From contig BDGG01000010.1 of assembly GCA_001949185.1 (NCBI GenBank), forward strand, positions 1,497,773 to 1,561,772: a DNA stretch of 64,000 nucleotides. The letters run 5' to 3'. This DNA is from Ramazzottius varieornatus (lineage: Eukaryota; Animalia; Tardigrada). How positions within the stretch are numbered: the stretch's first letter is position 1; each line of letters starts with the position of its first letter. The notes beneath the pieces were generated by a model that was not told the DNA's origin, made no database searches, and was given only the letters and a program-made list of their open reading frames with translations. Positions 51,353 to 64,000 of this stretch are shown here, piece after piece. The translations under genes and the position numbers were made by a program.

Positions 51353-52653
51353 AATTAACTTGAACGCATAATTCGAAAAAAGAGGGACTGAGGAGCTGGT
51401 AAAACCCGTGGTTTGATGCGAAAAGTGGAGAAAATTTTCGACACCTTTGACATTGTAATGAACTTTATGTGGTATTGCTGTGTCATGTTATGAGTTCACA
51501 CTTCCATCTCTCGAGCGGAAATTTACGATGTTCCTGATAGCATTGCTATCTTGTACCTGAAAATACGACTGTGTACGATGATGATCGGGCTCCACGGAGA
51601 CATCATTAAGTTGCGCCGACTCAAGGAAGTCCGTCCACCTTAGGCAAGTTTGTTTCTTCTGGTGAACCTTCAAAGAAACAAAAGATGTAATCAAAAACGG
51701 TTTCTCGTGTGGTAGTCCGTACTCACTATGGACAACTCACGATGGCCATTTCCGGCCCAGTGTGATAAGAAAGTGGGGGTCTTCTCAATCATTGTTGGAT
51801 GCCAAATAAAACCTTCGGGCGACGTGAGACAGTAATCACTCTGAGAAGCTGGACAAGAACGGGCGGAAACGTCGAAGAAAGACCAGATCTTCCAGCTAAC
51901 AATATTTTGCAGTGTAACAAGGTCCCATGGGCAGATCTTTCCGCTACTGTATCTTTAGTCTATCTTTCGGAATGGAGCCTGCTCGAACTGCTCAGAACGA
52001 CTCTACGGGCTAAACCATCGTCACTGATGGGATATTCGAGAGGGACGATACGAACGTCCAGCGAAACCAGTCAATATACAGCAAGCAGTCCTGGCAGAAG
52101 GCTGTCAAAGATGTTCCGGAAGAAGAACGTGGAAATGTGCGATATGCTGGTCGGAGACCCAGGTGAGAAACATATTTGCGCGGCAATAGAGAGCAGCCAA
52201 GCCGCACTACACGAGAGACACCTTCTTTTAGAATTTGAAGGAATATGATTCAACACCGACCGTGAGTCAGTTGACTCCTCAGATGAAGAATTAGATGATG
52301 GACCCAGATACTCGCCGCGGCATTCCGTTGATACCGAACTGACAGAGAATCCCGTTGCCTTACAAGCGCGCACCGGTTTGCAAGCCCGTTCTTCGACCAA
52401 AAATCACTTTTCGGGAGTGGCTTTAATTACCCTTCACTGTTTTACCCTTATGTCGATGGATCAACATGCTCAAAATTCACTCAAGTGTACGTGTACTCCG
52501 GCAAGTACTTGAACAAATCCATCGTTCAAGTCCTCTTCTACATAGAGACAGCCTTCTGCTACATACGGTCAGTAATCGTTCTAAAGACTACGGTATTTTA
52601 TGTAAAGGTATGCCGTGCTTAGCACCTACATACTAACGTACCTTTCGCCAGAT

Positions 52654-53478
52654 TTTCGATTACAAGAAGAGTTCTGTAGGTAGGGACTGATATCGTTGCT
52701 CTGGGAGGGGCCATTGTGATGGCGTATTCCCACGTCAAGGACAGTTCATTGCGGTGGGAAGGAATCGTTATCTGCGTGGTCGGTGCGATGGGAGGTGCCT
52801 CCTATACGGTAGAACGAAGTTAAAACTCTGTAAAAGTACCGCAAGAGAAATCTATCACGAGAAGACTAGCCTTTGCTAGTGTCCGAGCAGGTTGCACTGA
52901 AAAGGACAACCGGATTATATAGCAAAGGCCTTGTCTTGGGATCCATGACGTCAGTCGTCGCCATTGTATTTCTCTGGCCTGTTGTGCTGGTTCTTTATTT
53001 CACGGGGAGTGGAGTACTGGATCATGCAGACCTTCCCTTGGACGCAGGTCAGCATCAGTACAGCCCTCGCCGTATGTAATTGCATTTGATTATTGGAACG
53101 GTACTTCCGTGTTGGGCTTCCGGTGCTGACAAGAATCCTGTAACATACCGCATTTCAGGTACAGTATATCCAGTACCGTGTTTCCGTACAGTGGCTTCTT
53201 CCATCTTCAATCTCTGTTTGGCGTTGACCAGCCCGTCACTGGCAACTTTTAGCAAGCTGCTCGGAATCCCCCTGAATTATAGAACGATGTCACGCTAAAT
53301 GGCGATCTCTGCCCTGGTCTCCTGTCGAATAGTTCTCTAAAACAACAGAGACATAAGGTTTCGTTCGGTGGTGGGTATGGACTAGATGTTCTGAGACCAT
53401 CAGCTTGATGGCTTACAACTAGCCGGGGTGGTCCTGATCCTAAATGAATTCGTCTTCATTGTCCTGTCCGATCGCTAG
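52654..53478 (+). pseudogene. Decayed SLC35F-like transporter fragment (C-terminal half), opposite orientation to copies A-C
   Basis: ALGGAIVMAYSH...WEGIVICVVGAMGGASYT|VALKRTTG...FLWPVVLVLYFTG, FNLCLALTSPSLATFSKLLGIPLN, GMD*MF*DHQLDGLQLAGVVLIL; in-frame stops. Confidence 0.7.
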
Positions 53479-54167
53479 GTCTCCGTGAAGATTGTCCGGA
53501 ACAATCGACGGCGCAGCACGCTCCCAGTTTCCATTGAACAGGATTCTCACGTTCCTCATACGAAATACATATTTCCACCGTATCCGCTAGCCCAGTGTCT
53601 GAAATAGCAAAGCATATGGTATCGGTACAGTCAATCCAGAGCCCTGTTTAGTGGAATCAAGTATACTCCGTTGGAGTAGCTATTTCGAAAGATTACATAC
53701 GCAGCTTCCTCCCTGTCGTGCCCTAAATGGACCGTGTAGCCGTATAGTCTCGCAGTACCGTAATACAGTAATCCCTTCTGCTGCCTCTCCAAATGAATAA
53801 TCGTGGGGATTATTCAATTCTGTGGAAGGATGCTCAATGAAACTTTCTCGGCTGAGCCAAGGATCATTTTTGAATCCGAAGTCGAGGTGGGCGGACTGAC
53901 CAAACAAACAAACGCCCGGGAGCGGCAGGGCAGGCTGAGGGTGACTTTGGGCCCGAGGGTGGCAGTGTGATCAGCTGACGTCTCACGATAATTCGTCGCT
54001 AACTACTAGTACGAGTAATCGAAGCGGGGAAGTGATCTTCTTCCCCAGACGGCCAGACTTTTCCATGGACCATGGTTGTTGCGTACGGTTAATATAGTCA
54101 TTCTAGCTGGGTATTCACTGCAGTCTGGGAGTAAGACCGGAGCATCGAAGCCTACGGAGTCGGGAAG

Positions 54168-55788
54168 ATGGATTTGGAAGAAAACTTCCCCGTATCAGAA
54201 GGTGAGAGAATGCTGGAGCTGCAAATGTTCCGTGAAAGATGGAAAGAAGAATTGTCAAGCGGAGCAATCAAGGACCAATCGGACCACAATGCGCGAGGAG
54301 GAACGGCAACAACTTTTCGGGGTCTTTCGAAGAAGACGCGAGCTGAAGAGAAAGAAGCTGCTACATCGCGGTCCAAGTTTGAAATAGTACGTATAATTTT
54401 ATACTGTGAATGACATTGTCATAGTTTCTGTTAGTGCGTCTAATAGCGATGATCCAACTTTGCTTGCAGGCTGCAGAAATATTCCAGGAGGGCATCAAAG
54501 AAGAGCGCAGTGGTCGTTTATACGAAGCAATCAGTCTGTACAAGCGAGCTATGCAACTTGATCCAGATATAGAATTCAAGTTCGAGAAGCAGATCGACAA
54601 GCGGAAGAAAAACCTCCGCCCAGATGACACACCGGAAGTCGAGAAGAAAAATGTACCTGCATCCCCCGAGGACATTCTGAAAAGTCTAAAGAAGTACAGC
54701 CCATACGAGAATGGTGTGTGCGAGCGGGATCTCGATATCGAAGCCGCGCATATCGGCGACCTGCCTTACGAGGTCGTCCAGTACCTGACTCAATGGATCG
54801 TTTCTTCCGAGCTAGACCTCCTGTCTTTAGAGAGGTTCGCCATGGTCTGTCGAGGGTTCTACAGAACAGCGCGCGAGAACAACATATGGCGACTGGCATG
54901 CCTGAGGATATGGTCCGAGTTGTGTGGAACGCCCAAAGAGCTGCATTATGACTCTTGGAGGGAAATGTTCATCCATCGTCCGCAGGTGCGCTTTAACGGA
55001 CTTTACATTAGCAGATACACCTACATCCGTCGCGGAGAAGCTTCTTTCATCGATAACTCCGTCGAATACCAAGCTTACTACACAGTGCAGTACTTTCGCT
55101 TCTTCCGGTTCTTCGCGGATGGAACAGTCTTATATGCGAATACGCCTGGTAAGATTGTTGGTTCATTAGTTCATTTTCCTACTTAGTATGCTAACAAGTT
55201 TTTTTTTCTTGCAGAGGAACCAGCGGCGATAGTACCTCGGCTGCGTGACATGGAAATTGCCCAGAGCAAAGATGGTGGGGTGGTCCAAATTCTTCGTGGT
55301 AACTACGAGTTCTCCAACGGTGGAACAAGCGTAGTCGTGTACCTGAGAAGGGAAAAGCCGGAAGAGTTCACCGGACGAACATACAAAAGACGTACGAAGA
55401 AAAAGATAGAATTCGATATACTGACAATGGTAAGGGCGAACTCAGCAATATACTAACTGAAAAAATACTATCCATCTCCCCTCGGTCGGTTCCATAACGT
55501 GACCTTCGTTCATCAGGAGCTGAACATTCGCGACAGCAGAGAACGTCTCCACGGACGGCTGGACTGGCGGAAGTACTCCATCACACGGGTTACTGGGTAA
55601 GATAAGAAACTACTTTTCATGTTGAAATGAGGTCTCGATTGTATTCTTTCATTATGGTAATACGCATCATTCATACTTTCAGGCATGTGAAAACAACTTC
55701 CGCCGTCGATGTTCATCAACACTTTCCACCGCTGTATTACTCGCGTGTGAAAAGTTACTCAGCACAGTCTGAGCAACCGCTGCTGTAA
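54168..55788 (+). CDS. FBXO9: F-box only protein 9
   Basis: FRERWKEEL; TPR-like AAEIFQEGIKEERSGRLYEAISLYKRAMQLDPDIE; F-box HIGDLPYEVV...LERFAMVCRGFY; SWREMFIHRPQVRFNGLYIS, VQYFRFFRFFADG; C-terminal LYYSRVKSY. Confidence 0.92.
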
Positions 55789-56095
55789 GGAAAGCCGAGA
55801 ACACAATTTCTCGGAATAATGTTACAGTTTTCACGTCTCATCCAGTCTTTGATTCAGTTGACTTTGTACAATTTACTTCCGGTGCAGTGCTAATTCTTCA
55901 AGTTTTTATGCGAGCATCAAATCTGTTCTATTAAAACATGGTACGATTCCGGAAAAGACGGACCAGTCATTCGGCAAAACGCTCAAATCACAATTATTCC
56001 ACGAGGAAATAAATTAACTCAGTTTGTGAAATACTTCTCTCAAAAGCGACAGCAAATGTACCGTTAAACAGCAGAAATTAATCAACAAACTGAAC

Positions 56096-57646
56096 TCAGC
56101 GGTGAACTACGACTACAAAAAACAGGGAAATGCTGGAATGCGTGGTAGTTTTTTCGTTCGAAGCTCGAATGATTCGGTCTTCCACCGAGGTGACACAGAC
56201 CGTCGACGCTGTGTTGCCGAAGAAAGGTTCGGTAGTGGAAACACCCGACAATTTCACTCTTGGAAACAGCTGTCGAAACACCGCGGCTTCTTCGAGGTAA
56301 AGGTAGTTCAGCAAGGTTGTACGGTTCGTCAGGCATATTGCGAACATGTCCACTGCATTCTCCTTCAGCAAGCACGGCTTAATTTTCTCCATCTCGGCGA
56401 GTATCAGGTCGCGCTTGCCGTGGTGCACATTGTGGTCGAGGAAAACGCTGCCTGCGCGGACTTTCGGACCACAAAACACGAAACAGTTATCTGAGGAATC
56501 GTGACCAACTCTTTGGCTGATCCCACAAAAGGGAAAGTCGAATGCTAAAGGTTCGGGCAGCCCGAGAACCCGGGCGCTAGTCACTACTACATACGCGCGG
56601 TTCGCCACTTTGTGGAGATCCTTTGATGCGATATCGTCCATGCAATTCTGCATCCATGTGAAGTGTCCGAAGCGTAGAGCGTGGTCGAAATTCATCTGAT
56701 ATAGACACCTTAGTAATAAACCTGCAGAAACACTAAAATATCAAAACCAAAAAATGCAAGGCAGAAAGAGAGGTTCGGCCAAGACAGGCAAGTCTGTCAC
56801 CCAACGGGGTTCGAGCTCATGAGTCGTCAGGCTGTAGCATAGGTGGCCGACTTGCCCACCTTATCTCGATGTAGACTAACCAAAATGAACAATTACTGGG
56901 TGGATTTCTGACTTACCTTCTATACTTGGGATCAGCATGGCGCAAAAGCTATCTCCAAACTTGGTAGAATTTGAGGAACCCGAAACCACAGTATCTCCGA
57001 TGACGACTTGATGTTTGATCAAGTGGGAACTGCACGTTTTACGGGCTTCGTCCACATCGTTCTCAAGCAGGCTGGTCATTCTGTAATAGACGTCGCCTCG
57101 GTAGCCCGGTGGATGAAGAATTCTCATCTTGAACACAAATATCATCTTGGCTTCACACAGCACTTCGTCGTACTGTGAGTGGCATAACTTTGCCAGGAAG
57201 TCAGCAGCGTCCGGAGGCTCCATCCTTCCGGCCAAGAGGAATGATACATGCCGTCGCTTCTCTTCGGAAACTGCATAATTTCGAAAACCACTACAAACAT
57301 CCATGCATGCTTCCAGATCGCGGATAGGCAGGTACTGAAATACTCTGCGCGAAATCTCTTCCAGGTTGAGGAGGACGTCTGCGGCGTTACACGACACGCA
57401 GGTTCGAAGATCAACGCCATTACTATCCATTGATGAGGACAAGTCCGACTGTTCAACCGACGTGTCCAACATCCGCGCGTCTTGGTCGTCCACTACTGCT
57501 CTATCAACTTTCTCGGTTTTCTTAGGGGATTTTCTCGGCGGCGATGGCTGTTTGGACGTTCTTTCTTCCATTAGTACCCATGAGCGATGATGCTGGCTGT
57601 ATCCATGATCCGGGTTTACTTGCACATGAGAGTATCCTATATCCAT
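56096..57646 (-). CDS. F-box + FIST-C domain protein (FBXO22-like, divergent)
   Basis: F-box LLNLEEISRRVFQYLPIRDLEACMDVCSGFR; FIST-C-like FCGPKVRAGSVFL...MFAICL...EAAVFRQLFPRVKLSG...THSSISLFFVV. Start is 57646 or 57571. Confidence 0.7.
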
Positions 57647-58766
57647 CCCTGTCTTGTCCGTAGCTCAGTAGCCCAATATCCTCACATCGGCTCCCACTGC
57701 CTGCTAATAGAACAAAGACTGCGGAAACTAGGAATCCAGACCTGGAAGAAGATCCAGGAGATAAGTGTGATAAGAAATGTTTCGAAAGAATCCAACCAGC
57801 AGTGGACGGGTGATTTATTCAGTGAATTATCCAAAACACGGAACGGCTTCGCAACCTCAAGTGCAGCCCAACTTTGGAACGGCCTGTTCATCAGTCAATC
57901 AATACTTTTTATATGGAAAATACCGTTTCGAATGTCTTTCGAACACCGGGATTTCTGTTCAAAAGGTAGGATTTGCGCACTGATAACAAAGTTTCCCTGT
58001 TGTACCGGTCTTCGACAGGTTGTAGGTGGCAGTTCCATGATTTTATATATTAGGCTGAATAAATCACCCGTCCACCGCTAAATCCAACTGCTCAAGTGCA
58101 AGCCACACTGGTTATCGAACCGGACATGCGCATGACGTCACAAAAACATAAGACACATTGCGATATTCAGCTGTCAGCTCATATTGACACACCTGGAGAA
58201 CATGTCAACCTGTTCATGAGTCATCCACCTTTCCTTCAACGAACTTCACTTTCACGTAATCGAGGACGAGCTTTACAAAGCAGCAGCATCCTGATTCCTG
58301 ATCCTGAATTACGGTACCACTGTCTATAGCGCCTCATTTCCTGTGGGAGAACCTCCGCTGTCAGACTCAACTTTCGGAGTCGATTGGATCATTTGGACGG
58401 TAAAGCAGATGCGGAATCCGACGAAGATCGCTTGTTGCAACTCGCTTTGCTGCTCATGGGCCTGAGATTCGAGGCCGTATGAGATTATGGATTACAGTAT
58501 ACCATGTATGTCCCGTTGAAAATGAGCTGAAGATTTTTTCCAGAGTTTGTTTCAGAATCCAGATCGTCGGAAAAGTCCCGTGGTGAGTTGTCGAATCATC
58601 TGGGGTGTCTTTCGTATCTACAGCAGTAAGCTGTTATGTGGTAATTTCGTTCTCATTACAGGGGCTGCTAAATTTACACGCAAGACGAATGAACAACTTA
58701 GCCTACCGATCTCCATACCGCACTAAGTCCACAGTACAACAATAGCTCTTCATTCGGAGAAACGAG

Positions 58767-62409
<3,643 letters not shown>

Positions 62410-62893
62410 TGAAAATCTTTTAACGGCTTTTTTTATAACTAAGAAGGATTATTTTTGGATCTGTTGGGCAGTAGCAAGGTTTAGCCTGTTGGACTGTAGG
62501 AAGGATCTTCGGTTGATCTTTTCGTCCCTTTTTGTTTTTTATCATGACTTGTAAGCATTCACAGCAGCAGAACAGCACTAGATATTTTTTTGCTCGAAGC
62601 AGTCCGCTTTTCCTCCCTGTGATGTCAATACGAATCTGCTTTCTCGGTACTACGATGAATGCGCAAAGCCTGCAGCTATTATTCGAGCCAAAAACCTCGA
62701 AGGACCGTACTCAAAACACACGTTTTCAACTATTACTGTACACCTAAATGATTCGCACAAGTTCAAAACGGGAAGTTCGAACATTGATGAAGTAACTGTA
62801 CCACCAAAGAAATCACACAAAGTAAATATACAGCCACTCCATATAACCTCCTCTTGCTTCCTGACATTCTTATCCGTTTCGGAGCATCTCGTT

Positions 62894-63629
62894 CTATCGC
62901 TTGTCCCATTCCGCTCGCTCGGCCAGTTCCTTCTGGACTTCTTTTATGTAGGGTTCCAGGTAATGTTGCATGGGCTGCAGCAGAACGCATTATGTATGGA
63001 TTTCAGCCACAGCGCAAATCCCAAAACTTGCTAAGGCTAAAACAGAAACAAAAACTGACCCACCTCATCTTCTTTGGGCCACATGGATTCTGGAAGAATA
63101 ATCTTGTTGCGGCTGAGTTGCATTGCTCGATGCATCCTATGTACTCTCGCTTCATAAACATGCTCGGGCAAGCGTCGAACTGCTTCGGCTACCACCGCGT
63201 TGTCGTCGTTATACAGGTCACTGTGGTACAGTCCTAGGAGAAAACCATCAGACATATGACACGATGTAAATGCATGATATATGTGAGAGAATCTGAAGTT
63301 GAGAATCTTTGTTCATCAGGGTGGACCGACCTGGGTGGTAACATAATTATAGGGCGATCAGCAGAGTGGCTGTATATGGAACGTACCATATTCTCGATAT
63401 CCTGCGCTCTTGAATTTCCAGCTGTCGTATGCGTTTTTGACGATCCCTATAAACACGCAGCTCTAGTCTATCGAGTCTTGAATCCGCCATGATGTTCATT
63501 TCCCAATTCGCGCAGTGACGCTACAGTAGAAAGGTATTAGAAACGGAGTACTATAACATTCGACTTACGTATATTGTCCCAAAGTTTCTGGACCGCCGTC
63601 TTGTTGGGGATCATAATATTGGTCGACAT
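62894..63629 (-). CDS. UQCRB: Cytochrome b-c1 complex subunit 7, 4 coding exons
   Basis: Spliced MSTNIMIPNKTAVQKLWDNIRIVKNAYDSWKFKSAGYREYGLYHSDLYNDDNAVVAEAVRRLPEHVYEARVHRMHRAMQLSRNKIILPESMWPKEDEPMQHYLEPYIKEVQKELAERAEWDKR*. Confidence 0.92.
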
Positions 63630-64000
63630 CTTGCCTAGTGGAGTTGCGTACTTCCCGCTGCAAACAAACCAGTGCTAGCACAAGCAACTGTAGACAGACG
63701 GTGAATCCTTCGGCTGCTCCGAAAATCTGGTGAGATTTTTCCCAAAAGTTTACTTTGTAGAAAATCTGGAAAAAGAAATTGCGAAAAAACTGGTCGAAAC
63801 CCTGTTGTAAAGATCCAGTACTTCGAATCGTTGATTGACCAACTGGGTTGATTGATTCGTAAAGAGGAACGAAAGGCACTCAAGGCAGTGCAAAAGTCGC
63901 GGTTAAATTACGGAGATTTCGACATCGATTAACTTCGGCAATTTTGTTTAGGAAGTTAGCTCTTGTCTTCATCATCTCACCGTCTCACGGGTTGTTCCAG

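Overview
Gene-dense eukaryotic (invertebrate animal) genomic DNA with many short (~55-110 bp) GT-AG introns and one 50-N assembly gap. The compactness and gene content suggest a tardigrade such as Ramazzottius; this is an inference. Genes reconstructed by manual splicing, in order: 5' part of aralar/SLC25A12 (-), F-box gene (+), receptor guanylyl cyclase with a degenerate catalytic site (-), mitochondrial GatB (-), NME7 (+), ALDH8A1 (-), a bacterial-type secreted DUF2807/GIN-domain gene with a GC-AG intron (-), PLAAT/LRAT-family gene (+), BFR1/PPI-like coiled-coil gene (-), RAD21 (+), gamma-tubulin (-), a full-length decayed hAT transposon, a 2-Cys-type peroxiredoxin whose peroxidatic Cys is replaced by Glu (-), an orphan gene (+), two tandem gamma-glutamyl hydrolases (one a pseudogene), three intact plus one decayed SLC35F3/F4-like transporters, FBXO9 (+), FBXO22-like (-), PI4KB (+) and UQCRB (-). 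Several MITE or foldback elements are also present. The strongest oddities are intact pseudo-enzymes (Cys-to-Glu peroxiredoxin with an NLS-like N-terminal tail; half-site guanylyl cyclase) and a probable intron-bearing horizontally acquired gene.
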